Shown here piece by piece: positions 39,254 through 49,757 of a stretch of DNA of 64,000 nucleotides; position 1 is the first letter of the stretch; the number at the start of each line of letters is the position of its first letter. Source of the DNA: Thermoanaerobaculia bacterium. Its GTDB lineage: Bacteria > Acidobacteriota > Thermoanaerobaculia > Multivoradales > UBA5704. Under the pieces are notes generated by a model that saw nothing but the letters and a program-made list of their open reading frames with translations, did not search any database and was not told the origin of the DNA. Location: assembly GCA_044226625.1 (NCBI GenBank), contig JBGAGQ010000003.1, positions 64,001 through 128,000 of the forward strand. The letters are read 5' to 3'. The position numbers and the translations under genes were made by a program.

Positions 39254-40558
39254 TCAATGGCCCCGGGCGAGCCGGATGCCGGTGAGCTGGAAGCGCGTGT
39301 CGGCGGGCCAGAAATTCCGGTAACTCGCGCGGATGTGACCGCGCGGCGTGGCGCACGAACCGCCGCGCAGCACCCGCTGGTTGTCCATGAACTTCCCGTT
39401 GTACTCCATCAAGTTGCCGTCGAACGGCGCGTAGCCGGGGTAGGGCTCGTAGTGGCTCGTGGTCCACTCCCAGAGGTCGCCGGACATTTGGACCAATCCA
39501 TCGACCGCGGGCGCCGGCCGCGGATGGAACGCCCGGTCTTCGAGGTGGTTGCCGGACGCGGGGTCGAAGCCGCCGTGCCGCGCGCCGTGCTCCCATTCCC
39601 GTTCGGTGGGCAGGCGGGCGCCGCGCCAGCCGGCGTAGGTCTCCCCTTTCCAGCGCGCGAAGGCGTCGGCCTCGTAGAAGCTCACGTGCGAGACCGGCTC
39701 GTCCGGGTCGATCGCCCGCTCGCCCGACAGCGTCCAGAGCGAGGCGTCCGCGGCACCCTGTTCGAGCGATTGCCAGTAGAGCGGCGCGCGCCAGCCTTGG
39801 ACCTTCACTTGGCCCCAGCCGTTCGAGAGCCAGAGCAGCGGCTTCTCGTAGCCGCCGTCGGCGATGAACTCGAGGTACTCGGCGTGGGTCGCGAGCCGGT
39901 TGGCGAGAGCGAACGGGTCGAGCCAGGCCTTATGAACCGGCAGCTCGTTGTCCCAGCACCATCCCCCTTCGAGGTTGCCGATCTCTACCAGGCCTCCCTC
40001 GAAATCCACCCAGCCGGCGCGGGTGCCCGCATCTCCCCCAGCCCGAGGCTCTCCGGGCACCTGAGGCGCGTAGACCGCGCGCAGCTCGGGCGGATCTGTC
40101 GCGAGGATGTGCTTGACCTCGGTGATCATCAGCTCTTGGTGCTGCTGCTCGTGCTCGAGCCCCGTGCGGACCAGGAACGAGAAGCGCTGCCAGTCGCCCT
40201 CCGGCACGGCGCCGATCAAATTCTCCATTCGGGCGTCGACCGACGCGCGATAGGCGCGCACTTCGTCGTTGGTCGGCTTCGTCAGCGAGCCGCGGCGATG
40301 CCGCTCGATCCGCGGCCCGACCGATTCGTAATACGAGTTGAGGACGAACTCGAGCCGCCCGTCGTCGCCCACCTCGCGTCCCCAGGGGGCGAGCACGTTG
40401 CGCGCGAAGAACCAGCTGGTATGGCCGAGGTTCCACCAGGGAGGGCTCACGTCGGGCATCGACTGGATGCGCCACGCTTCCGGCGCGAGCGGATGCGCGA
40501 GCTCGAGCGACAGGCCTCGGACGTTTCGGTAGGCCGCGAGCAGGTCGTCTCGATTCAT
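39254..40558 (-). CDS. egtB: Ergothioneine biosynthesis sulfoxide synthase EgtB-like (DinB + FGE-sulfatase)
   Basis: QSMPDVSP, GHTSWFF, NSYYE, EHEQQHQEL (iron-binding His), RLPTE.EWE, EYNGKFM, RASYRNF; GGAGG RBS. Confidence 0.88.
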   Translation of the reverse strand: MNRDDLLAAYRNVRGLSLELAHPLAPEAWRIQSMPDVSPPWWNLGHTSWFFARNVLAPWGREVGDDGRLEFVLNSYYESVGPRIERHRRGSLTKPTNDEVRAYRASVDARMENLIGAVPEGDWQRFSFLVRTGLEHEQQHQELMITEVKHILATDPPELRAVYAPQVPGEPRAGGDAGTRAGWVDFEGGLVEIGNLEGGWCWDNELPVHKAWLDPFALANRLATHAEYLEFIADGGYEKPLLWLSNGWGQVKVQGWRAPLYWQSLEQGAADASLWTLSGERAIDPDEPVSHVSFYEADAFARWKGETYAGWRGARLPTEREWEHGARHGGFDPASGNHLEDRAFHPRPAPAVDGLVQMSGDLWEWTTSHYEPYPGYAPFDGNLMEYNGKFMDNQRVLRGGSCATPRGHIRASYRNFWPADTRFQLTGIRLARGH

Positions 40559-40599
40559 CGCGTTTCCTCCCATCGGCGGCATCGGGTGGTTGCGGGCGG

Positions 40600-42168
40600 C
40601 TAGGGGCGCTCCGGTCGCGCGTCCATCGGCGCCTCCCCTTCCTCCCCTTCGTCGACGTCCGCAAAGTCGGCTTCGGGGAAGAAGTGGAGCTGCCCCTGGA
40701 GCGCGCGCGGCTGCCGATCGATCGGCGCGAGCCCCTCGATCTCCTCGCCCGAGGTGGCGCCGTACTCCTTGAGCTTGCGCGCCGCCGGCAGGACCCGGGT
40801 CTCGAGCGATCCCACCGCCTTATTGTAGGACTCGATCGCCCGCTCGAGCCCTCCCGCGAGCGAGCTGAAGTGACCGGAGAGGGTGCGCAAGCGATCGTGC
40901 AGGACGCGCCCCAGACGGCTGATCTCCAGCGCGTTCTTGGTCATCTGTTCCTGGCGCCAGCCGTAGGCCACCGCCCGCAGCAGCGCGATCAGCGTGGTCG
41001 GGGTCGCGAGGATCACCCTCTGCTCGACGCCCGCCTCGATCAGCCCGGGGTCCGCTTCGAGCGCGGCGGAGAAAAAGGTCTCGCCCGGGAGGAACAGCAC
41101 CACGAACTCCGGCGCCGGCTCGAACTGGCTCCAGTACGACTTGGCCGACAGCTTGGCGAGATGCCCCCGCACCTGCGCCGCGTGGCTCGCGAGGTGCATC
41201 CGGCGCGCCTCTTCGTCGACCGTCTCGATCGCGAGCAGATACGACTCGAGCGGCGCTTTGGCGTCGACCACGATGTTCTTCTCGTTCGGCAGGCGGACGA
41301 TCAAGTCGGGACGCACGCGGCCGTCCTCGATCGTTCCGCCCACCGGCTGTTGGTCGAAGTCGCAATGCTCCAACATGCCGGCCATCTCGACCACGCGGCG
41401 CAGCTGGATCTCCCCCCAGCGGCCGCGCGCCGCCGGCTGCCGAAGCGCCTGGACCAGGCGCGAGGTCTCGACGTGCAGGCTCTGCTGGGTGACGGCGAGG
41501 CTGCGCAGCTGCTCGGCGAGGCCGCCGTAGGCTTTCTCCCGGCTCGCCTCCAGCTCGCGAATCTTCTCGTCGACCTTGCCGAGCGAATCGGCGAGCGGCC
41601 GGACCAGCTCGCCGATCGCCTTCTCGCGCGCGTCGAGGTCGCCCCGCGCCCGCTCCTGGAAGACCTCTAGGTTCTGCCGCGCGAGATGGAGGAAGGCCTC
41701 GTTGTTCTTCGCCAGCGCCTCCGCCGAGGCCGCGGAAAACGCCTGGCCCAGTTGCTCGCGCGCCCCTTCGAGCAAACGCAGCTTCTCGCCCGCCGCCTCG
41801 CGCTCCTTGTCGAGCGCCGTCTCCGCCTCGGCGACGCGGGCGCGCAGGTCGGCCAGCGCGCTTCGCAAAGCGTCGGTCTCGCGGTCGAGGCTCTCGGCGT
41901 CCGCTTCGAGCTCCGGGATGCGCCGCGCCTTCTCCTCGAAGGTGGCGCGGCGGCTCGATTCGTCGAGCAGCTCGGAGCGCAGCCGGTCGATCTCCCGAGC
42001 CTCCTCGAGCCGCGCGCTCCTCTGCTCCGCCGCCTCGCGCTCGCGCGACGCGAGGCGCTCTTCGAGCGCGGTGCGCTCGGCGCGCGCGAGCAGGCGGGCG
42101 ATCACCCACGCGAGCGCCGCGCCGACGAGGATGCCCAACGATCCGAAGACGAACGGTGAGGCCGCCAT
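40600..42168 (-). CDS. rmuC: DNA recombination protein RmuC
   Basis: N-terminal TM and coiled coil; RG.WGE.QL, RPD.IV.LP, VVDAK.PL, EFVVLF.PGE, ATPTTLIALL. Confidence 0.95.
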   Translation of the reverse strand: MAASPFVFGSLGILVGAALAWVIARLLARAERTALEERLASREREAAEQRSARLEEAREIDRLRSELLDESSRRATFEEKARRIPELEADAESLDRETDALRSALADLRARVAEAETALDKEREAAGEKLRLLEGAREQLGQAFSAASAEALAKNNEAFLHLARQNLEVFQERARGDLDAREKAIGELVRPLADSLGKVDEKIRELEASREKAYGGLAEQLRSLAVTQQSLHVETSRLVQALRQPAARGRWGEIQLRRVVEMAGMLEHCDFDQQPVGGTIEDGRVRPDLIVRLPNEKNIVVDAKAPLESYLLAIETVDEEARRMHLASHAAQVRGHLAKLSAKSYWSQFEPAPEFVVLFLPGETFFSAALEADPGLIEAGVEQRVILATPTTLIALLRAVAYGWRQEQMTKNALEISRLGRVLHDRLRTLSGHFSSLAGGLERAIESYNKAVGSLETRVLPAARKLKEYGATSGEEIEGLAPIDRQPRALQGQLHFFPEADFADVDEGEEGEAPMDARPERP

Positions 42169-42174
42169 CTCGTC

Positions 42175-43968
42175 CTAGATGCCGAAGCGCTCCATCTTGA
42201 TCGCGAGGCCGTTTCTCGACAGGCCGAGCATGCGCGCCGCGAGCGACTTGTTGCCGTGCGACCGCCGGAGCGCCTCGCGGATCGCCGCCTGCTCGGTGAT
42301 CCCCACCAGGCGGTCGAGGTCGAGGTCGGTGGTGCCGTCGACGCGCGCGGTCTGGAGCCGTCCCTTCCGCACGCGGTCCGGCAGGGAGCTCAATTCGACC
42401 GGGCGCCCAGCCGGGCAGAGGTAGACCATCTGGCGCGCGATCCCTTCCAGCTCGTCGAGGTTGCCCGGGTAGTCGTAGGCCAGCAGCGCGGTCATCGCCT
42501 TGACCGTGATCCCCGCGAGTCGGGTGCCGGTCTCGTGGCAGAACCGGTTGACGAAGCTCTGGATCAACAGCGGCAGATCCTCTTTCCGGTCGCGCAGCGG
42601 CGGCACGTCCACGGTCGCGCGCGAGAGCCGGTAGGCAAGGTCGACGCGGAACTGATCGCGGGCAACCGCCTCTTCGAGCGGCGCCGAGCTGCCGACGACC
42701 AGCCGAACGTCGACCGGCGTCGCCTCCAGACCGTCTGCGGTCTCGACCTCGCCGGTCCGCAGGAAGCGCACCAGGCGCGCCTGCACGTCGAGCGGCAGCT
42801 GGTCGACGTCGTCCAAGAACAGCGTCCCACCGCTCGCGAGCAGGAGCTTGCCCTCGCGGCGGATCGTGCCGTCGCGCCCGGCGAGCTCGGAGCCGAACAG
42901 ATCCGCTTCGATCGCCGCGGGCCGCGCCCCGGCCGCGATCGCGGTGACGAACGGTCCCTGCCGGCGCGGACCGGAACGATGCAGCGAATGGGCGAGCATC
43001 TGCTTGCCCAAGCCCGCCTCGCCGCGAAGGAGGACCGGAATCGACGGATCGATCGCGGCGCGTAGCTCGTCGAGCATCCTCTTCATCGCCGGCGATTCGC
43101 CGATCACCAGGCCGGCGTCGAGCACCAGGTCCTGCTGGCCGAGCGAGCCGGGCAGGATCGGTTCGAACGCGCCGACGTGATGGATCAGGCCCAAGGCGAT
43201 CAGATGGCCCGCCGCGCGCAGCGCGTCCGAGACGGCCGGCGCCTCCGTCGGGGAGAAATTCGGCAGCGCCGCGATCAGCCGGTACGAGCGCTCGACCGCC
43301 TGGAACGCGTGATGGGCGATCCACGCCGGATTACCGTCGAGCGCGCCGAGGAACCCCCCGACGCGCGGCCCGCGATCGACCACCTGGTCGAGCAGCGCCT
43401 CTCCGCTCGAAAGCCAGGCCTGGTCGGTCGCCACCGCGAGGCGGATCGCCGAGCGCTCCCCTTCGCCGACCAGCAGGAAGAGGACTCCGCCGCCGAAGTC
43501 GCGCAGCAGCTCCCGCACCAGCGATTCCGAGGTCACCCGGCTCTCGGTATCGGCGAGCGTCCAGTCGCTCAGGCGGGAGAGATGGCCGAGCATCCCCTCG
43601 GCGGTGATCCGCGCCTCCAGCACCTCTTTCGGCGCCGGGGCCGAGGGGCGAGGGCTCTCGGCCGCCACGTCCTCGACCAGCAGCGTGACCGTGCCGACCC
43701 GGATCTCGTCCAAGACCTCGAGGTCGGCTTCCTTCACCCGCTTGCCCGAGACCATGGTGCCGCGGCGGCTGCCTAAGTCCTCGATCTTGAGCACGCCCGC
43801 CTCGTAGCGAAGCCGCGCGTGCTGCTGCGCCACGCCTACGTAATCGAGGGCGATGTCGCAGTTCGGGTGGCTCCCGATCAGGAGCTCCGGTCGATGCAGC
43901 GGGTACCGGTGGACCCCGTCGGGAGCGTAGGCGACCAATCGCAACATGGATCCGACAGCATACGCCAT
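42175..43968 (-). CDS. FHA + sigma54-interaction-like AAA+ + Fis-HTH regulator with degenerate motifs
   Basis: IGS...CDI...HA...DLGS..GT (FHA); LRGEAGLGK, GGTLFLDD, FRVDLAYRL, YPGN..EL; GNKSLAARMLGLSR. Confidence 0.87.
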   Translation of the reverse strand: MAYAVGSMLRLVAYAPDGVHRYPLHRPELLIGSHPNCDIALDYVGVAQQHARLRYEAGVLKIEDLGSRRGTMVSGKRVKEADLEVLDEIRVGTVTLLVEDVAAESPRPSAPAPKEVLEARITAEGMLGHLSRLSDWTLADTESRVTSESLVRELLRDFGGGVLFLLVGEGERSAIRLAVATDQAWLSSGEALLDQVVDRGPRVGGFLGALDGNPAWIAHHAFQAVERSYRLIAALPNFSPTEAPAVSDALRAAGHLIALGLIHHVGAFEPILPGSLGQQDLVLDAGLVIGESPAMKRMLDELRAAIDPSIPVLLRGEAGLGKQMLAHSLHRSGPRRQGPFVTAIAAGARPAAIEADLFGSELAGRDGTIRREGKLLLASGGTLFLDDVDQLPLDVQARLVRFLRTGEVETADGLEATPVDVRLVVGSSAPLEEAVARDQFRVDLAYRLSRATVDVPPLRDRKEDLPLLIQSFVNRFCHETGTRLAGITVKAMTALLAYDYPGNLDELEGIARQMVYLCPAGRPVELSSLPDRVRKGRLQTARVDGTTDLDLDRLVGITEQAAIREALRRSHGNKSLAARMLGLSRNGLAIKMERFGI

Positions 43969-44019
43969 GCGCCGCTTCGGGAAGAAAGGAGGGCCCCCCT
44001 CCTGCTATCCTTCGCCGCG

Positions 44020-45126
44020 ATGTCCACCGCCACGTCCACCGCCCCCTCCGACGCCCCGATCGCCGGCTCCACCGGCCTGTCGTCCGCCTCGCCCTCCCCC
44101 CCGCTCGCGAACGATCTTTTCCTGCGCGCCGCGCGCGGAGAGAAGGTCGAGCGGCCGCCGGTCTGGATGATGCGCCAGGCGGGGCGCTACCTGCCCGAGT
44201 ACCGGGAGGTGCGCGCTCCGATCGATTTCCTAACCCTGTGCAAGACGCCGGAGCTCGCCGCCAAGGTGACGATCCAGCCGGTCGACCGGCTGGGCGTCGA
44301 CGCGGCGATCCTGTTCGCCGACATCCTGCTGCCGCTGGAGGCGATGGGCGCCGAGCTCCGCTTTGAAAAAGGAGACGGCCCGGTCTTCCCCTCGCCGATC
44401 CGTCGTCGCGACCAGATCGCCGGCCTCTCCCGCCCGGACGTCGCGGGCACGCTCGGCTACGTCTTCGAAGCGCTGCGGACGGTCCGCCGCGAGCTCGCCG
44501 GCCGGGTCCCCGTGCTCGGTTTCGGCGGCACGCCGTGGACGCTCGCCTCCTACCTGGTCGAAGGGGGGACGTCGAAACAGTTCGCCCATCTGCTCGGCTG
44601 GAGCTGGGAAGATCCGGACGGCTTGAAGCTCCTGCTCGACCGGCTCGCCGAGGTCTCGATCGATTACCTGCTCGGGCAGGTCGACGCGGGAGCGCAGGCG
44701 GTCCAGCTGTTCGACTCGTGGGGGGGGCTGCTCGACCTCGAGCGCTGGCGGCGGATCTCCCGCCCGTCGATCGTCGCGATCGCCGAGGCGCTCGCCGGCA
44801 AGGTGCCGGTCATCTTCTACGTACAGGGGGGGAGCCACCTGCTCCCCGGGCTCGCCGAGCTGCCGGTCGAAATCCTCTCGGTCGACTGGCGGACGCCGCT
44901 GTCCGAGGCGCGGCGGATCGTCGGCCCGGACAAGGTGCTCCAGGGCAATCTCGATCCGGCGGCCCTGCTCGCGCCGGTCGACGAGATCGAGCGGCGGACG
45001 CGCGCGATGCTCGCCGACGCCGCCGGCGGACCGCACATCGCAAACTTGGGACACGGGATCTTTCCGACCACGCCGGTCGAGCACGCCCTAGCTTTCGTCG
45101 AGACCGTCCAGGGCCGGCGCGGCTGA
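44020..45126 (+). CDS. hemE: Uroporphyrinogen decarboxylase
   Basis: PVWMMRQAGRYLPEY, DAAILFADIL, GF.G.PWTLA.Y, QLFDSWGG, LQGNLDP, NLGHGI. Confidence 0.97.
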   Translation: MSTATSTAPSDAPIAGSTGLSSASPSPPLANDLFLRAARGEKVERPPVWMMRQAGRYLPEYREVRAPIDFLTLCKTPELAAKVTIQPVDRLGVDAAILFADILLPLEAMGAELRFEKGDGPVFPSPIRRRDQIAGLSRPDVAGTLGYVFEALRTVRRELAGRVPVLGFGGTPWTLASYLVEGGTSKQFAHLLGWSWEDPDGLKLLLDRLAEVSIDYLLGQVDAGAQAVQLFDSWGGLLDLERWRRISRPSIVAIAEALAGKVPVIFYVQGGSHLLPGLAELPVEILSVDWRTPLSEARRIVGPDKVLQGNLDPAALLAPVDEIERRTRAMLADAAGGPHIANLGHGIFPTTPVEHALAFVETVQGRRG

Positions 45127-45156
45127 TCGGCTGGCTTCGTTCGGCCCGAAAGCGAG

Positions 45157-45774
45157 CTACTTGAAGGTCCAGGCCTTGCCGGCCGTCCCCTCGGCCACCC
45201 AGGCGTTCGGCATCACCGAGGTGTCCCACTTCATCAGCCGAGTGCGCGCCCCGGCGAGATCCTGAACTCGCACCTCGAGGAAGTTACCCGCGATGTCGCC
45301 GAAGCGGAACGCCCCGGTCCGCTCGATCGAGCCGTCTGGCTGGTAGACCGCCCATCCCTTGGACGCGTTCTCCTGAAAGTTGAACACGGCGTCGCCGCCG
45401 TTCGGGGCGGCGTCGGCCGGCCCCCAGAACCGCACGTCGACGGGGAGCGAGAACCGGCCGACGATGCGGTCGGTCGCGGCGTCGTAGGTGCCGCTCGAGT
45501 TCATGTCGGTAAAGGCGAACACCGTGTTGTCGGTGAAGTTCACTTCGACCCGCACCTGGCGGTTCAGCTTGACCGCCTCGAAACGCGAGAGCGACATCAC
45601 GCTCGTCGTCTGGCGGGCGACCCCGATCAGCTTGGTCTTATGGGTGTAGCGGACCAGCGTGGGATAGGAGAACAACGCGAGGATCAGGACCAGGGAGACC
45701 GTCAACAGAAGCTCGACGATCGTGAAGCCGCGATTGGAAGCCGAGACGGTCGGGAGGCTACGGCGAGTTCGCAT
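45157..45774 (-). CDS. FimT/GspH-like minor (pseudo)pilin
   Basis: Prepilin site G/FTIVELL, hydrophobic helix, SR.EAVK. Confidence 0.85.
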   Translation of the reverse strand: MRTRRSLPTVSASNRGFTIVELLLTVSLVLILALFSYPTLVRYTHKTKLIGVARQTTSVMSLSRFEAVKLNRQVRVEVNFTDNTVFAFTDMNSSGTYDAATDRIVGRFSLPVDVRFWGPADAAPNGGDAVFNFQENASKGWAVYQPDGSIERTGAFRFGDIAGNFLEVRVQDLAGARTRLMKWDTSVMPNAWVAEGTAGKAWTFK

Positions 45775-45984
45775 GGCGGCGTTACCTCGGGTCCGGGGTC
45801 GATGCGGTCCACAGCCCGACGAGGTCGGGCCGTTACGAATCCGCCCGCCGGGGTCGGGCGAGACATTTGCGATTGATTATAAGCCCATCGCCCGGCGGCG
45901 GCCAGCTGCGCCCGGCGCCGTGCCGTTCCGCACGACGCCGGGAGGCCGGAGCGTCGGGTCCGGCTTGGCCCGGCCGGCACTCGA

Positions 45985-46917
<933 letters not shown>

Positions 46918-47040
46918 CGTGGACGTTCTCCCTTCGGTTCGCTCAGAACTTTACCATCGACCTCGGAGAGCGCCGAGCGCCGGCCCAGTTCGTCCCAAGG
47001 GCGCCGCCGCGACGGCCCTCTGGCCCGTAGAATGCTAGGT

Positions 47041-48495
47041 ATGAGCGGTCGACCCTCCGTACCCATCTTCTTCCTTCTCGCTCTCCTCTCCCCGATCGCG
47101 CCGGGCCGCGCGCTCGCCGCCGATCCGCCCGAGACTTTCCGCGACCGCCTCGCCGTGCGTGAGGCCGAGATCGTCGTCGGCCTCCCTCCGGCGCTCCAGT
47201 TCGAGCGCGACCGCGCCCTCAAGCCGGAGGACTTCGTGGTACGCGTCGACGGCGAGGTGAAGAAGGTGATCCGACTCGCCCCGCTCGCCCGCGACCGCGC
47301 CCCGTGGCGACTGGTGGTCGTCGTCGATCCCGCCCTCGCGCATCCCGACACGATCGTCGGCAGCCTCCTCTCCCTCGCGAGCGAGTCGGACGCCCTCTCG
47401 GCGTTCGGCACCGTCGACCTCGCGACGGTCGACGCCGAAAGCTCGGGGCTCGCCTGGTCCGGACGTGGCCTTACCGGCTCCCAGTCGATCGCTTTCGCGC
47501 TCGCCGAGGTGGCGGGTAAGGCGCGAGCCGACCGGCGGCGCAACGAGCCACGGCGCGACCTGCCGGCGACTGTGGCCGCCGAGCACCTCGGTGCGATCGT
47601 TCGTTTCTTGCTCGCCGATCCCGGCGGTGGTCCGCGGGCGCTCGCCCTCCCGCTCGATCCGATCGCTCCCACGGCGGCGGGTACGGCGGAAGGCACGAAA
47701 GCAGACGGCATCGCCGCGGCCGGCCGCGTGCTCGCCGCCTACGGCTGGACCCTGTTGCCGCTAGGTCTCGACGCAAAAACCACGTTCGGCCTCGACGGCC
47801 CCGGCGTCTCCGCCTACGACCATTGGAACGACACCTCGGTCGTCAGCCGCGGCCTGGACCTGCTCGGCATCGTCCGTTGGCTGCGCGGCAAGCGGGTCGT
47901 ACCGCCGCCCCGAGCCAAGGTGACGATCGAGGCCGAGATCCTCCCGGCGCGGCTCGCCGCGAGCCACCTCGCCGAGGCGACCGGCGGACTGTCGATCGAC
48001 CGCAGCGAGCAGATCCCGCTGACCTTCGATGCGCTCGCCCATCGCTACGTTCTGGGCTACGAGGTCGACGCCGAGCCGAAGGCCGGCGCGATCGTCGCCG
48101 CCTCTGTGGCGAGCGCCCGTGGCTCCTCCCCCGCCGTCGCCCCGCGCTACGTCCGCACCGGGGCGAGCGAAGACCTGGCCGGCCTGCTGCTCTCCGGGCT
48201 CCTCGCGGGCGATCCCCCCCGACATGATTTGCCGGTCCGAGTCGCCGCCTCCGCAGGCCGGATCACCGTCGAGGTCCCGGCGGCCGGGGAGGACGAGACC
48301 CCGCTCGGAGCGCTCCGGATCTCCTGGGCGGCGAAGCGCGACGGGATCGCGCATCACGAGATCGTCGGGGCTCCGGCCGCGGGCGAACCGGCGCTCCGCC
48401 GTGAGATCGCTAGGCCCCCGGGGAGCGGACCCGTCGCGGTTCTCGTCCAGGCGGTCGGCTCAGAGGCCGCCTGGGGCGACCGCCTGAATCCCTGA
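47041..48495 (+). CDS. Secreted hypothetical protein with degenerate VWA-like architecture
   Basis: Signal peptide; L.PEDFVV..DG, LAEATGG, Y.LGY; TAGAAT 7 nt upstream of the ATG. Confidence 0.6.
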   Translation: MSGRPSVPIFFLLALLSPIAPGRALAADPPETFRDRLAVREAEIVVGLPPALQFERDRALKPEDFVVRVDGEVKKVIRLAPLARDRAPWRLVVVVDPALAHPDTIVGSLLSLASESDALSAFGTVDLATVDAESSGLAWSGRGLTGSQSIAFALAEVAGKARADRRRNEPRRDLPATVAAEHLGAIVRFLLADPGGGPRALALPLDPIAPTAAGTAEGTKADGIAAAGRVLAAYGWTLLPLGLDAKTTFGLDGPGVSAYDHWNDTSVVSRGLDLLGIVRWLRGKRVVPPPRAKVTIEAEILPARLAASHLAEATGGLSIDRSEQIPLTFDALAHRYVLGYEVDAEPKAGAIVAASVASARGSSPAVAPRYVRTGASEDLAGLLLSGLLAGDPPRHDLPVRVAASAGRITVEVPAAGEDETPLGALRISWAAKRDGIAHHEIVGAPAAGEPALRREIARPPGSGPVAVLVQAVGSEAAWGDRLNP

Positions 48496-48524
48496 GACCG
48501 TGCGCCGTGGGGCACTGCCCGGTC

Positions 48525-49757
48525 TCATTCGTACCGCAGGGCGTCGATCGGGTCGAGCTTCGCCGCCCGTGCCGCCGGGTAGAACCCCGAGGCGACGCCG
48601 ACGGCGAGCGCCACCCCGGTCGCGAGCACGATCGAGGGGAGCGTCACCACGGTCGCCCACCCTGCGCTCAGCGACACCCCCTTGGCGATCGCAAGCCCTA
48701 GCAGCACCCCGGCGAGACCGCCGAGACCGCTGATCGCGAACGCCTCGGCGAGGAACTGGATCCGGATGTCCTGGCGGCGCGCGCCGACCGCCCGCCGAAC
48801 GCCGATCTCTCGCGTCCGTTCGAGCACGGAAGCGAGCATGATGTTCATGATGCCGATGCCGCCCACCAGCAGGGAGATTCCGGCGATCGCCCCCATCACG
48901 ACGTTGAACAGCCGCTGCGTGCGGCGGTTCTGCTCGAGCAGCGTCTCGGGTACCACCAGGTCGTAGTCGTCAGCACCCCCGTGCAGCCGCCCGAGCAGCG
49001 CGGCGAGCGCGGTGGCGGCGGAAGGCACCTCGATGCCCGGGGCGAGCCGCACGGCGATCTCGTCGAGCGGCGCGGCAAGCGGCTCGCGCTCGAACTTGCG
49101 CTCCGCGGTCGAGACGGGAAGGTAGACCTCGCGCGCCGTCGAGCCGATCGAAACCCCTTCGAAGCTCTCGCCTCCGGTCGAAGCCACGAGGACTCCAACG
49201 ACCGTGAGCCAGACGTCGCCGATCTTCACCGGCCGGCCGAGCGCGGGCTCCTGCCCGAACAGGTCGCGGCGCACCGAGGGCCCGAGCACGCAGACCTGCG
49301 CCGAGGTCGCCTGGTCGAGCGAGTCGAGAAACCGCCCTTCCGCGAGATCGAGCCGGCCGAGCGCCGCCTGCTCCGGCGCCGCCCCCCAGATCACCGCGTC
49401 GGCGCGCGCACCGGCCGCCGAAATTCTCGTCGCATCGAGCTTGATCTTCGGTACCGCGAGCTCGACCCCGGGGATCGCCTCGCGGATCGCCGCCAGGTCG
49501 CGCATCGAGACGCCGAGCGATTTCTTGCGGATCTCGACCGCCGCCTCGTCGTCGAGCGCCCGGCCGCGGACGACGACGTTGCGCAAGCCGAGCCGCTCGA
49601 CCAGGGCGAGCGCCTGCTTCTCTGCCCCCTTGCCGATCGAGAGCATCGCGATGACGGCGCCGACTCCGAAGATCACGCCGAGCGTCGCGAGCGCCGCGCG
49701 GAGCTTGTGGGCGGAGAGGCTCGCGACCCCGGCGCGAAGCGCCTCGCGCGGGATCAC
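48525..49757 (-). CDS. MacB-like ABC transporter permease
   Basis: HKLRA.L..LGVIFGVGAVI, ISLLVGGIGIMNIMLASVLERTREIG.RRAVGA, PA.RAA.LDPI.ALRYE. Confidence 0.93.
   Translation of the reverse strand: MIPREALRAGVASLSAHKLRAALATLGVIFGVGAVIAMLSIGKGAEKQALALVERLGLRNVVVRGRALDDEAAVEIRKKSLGVSMRDLAAIREAIPGVELAVPKIKLDATRISAAGARADAVIWGAAPEQAALGRLDLAEGRFLDSLDQATSAQVCVLGPSVRRDLFGQEPALGRPVKIGDVWLTVVGVLVASTGGESFEGVSIGSTAREVYLPVSTAERKFEREPLAAPLDEIAVRLAPGIEVPSAATALAALLGRLHGGADDYDLVVPETLLEQNRRTQRLFNVVMGAIAGISLLVGGIGIMNIMLASVLERTREIGVRRAVGARRQDIRIQFLAEAFAISGLGGLAGVLLGLAIAKGVSLSAGWATVVTLPSIVLATGVALAVGVASGFYPAARAAKLDPIDALRYE

Noticed and set aside
37357-40558. Selenoneine-type (SenA/SenB/SenC) cluster from EgtB-like + glycosyltransferases
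   Set aside because: The GT2 genes are convergent with egtB rather than co-operonic, and no selenophosphate synthetase is present.
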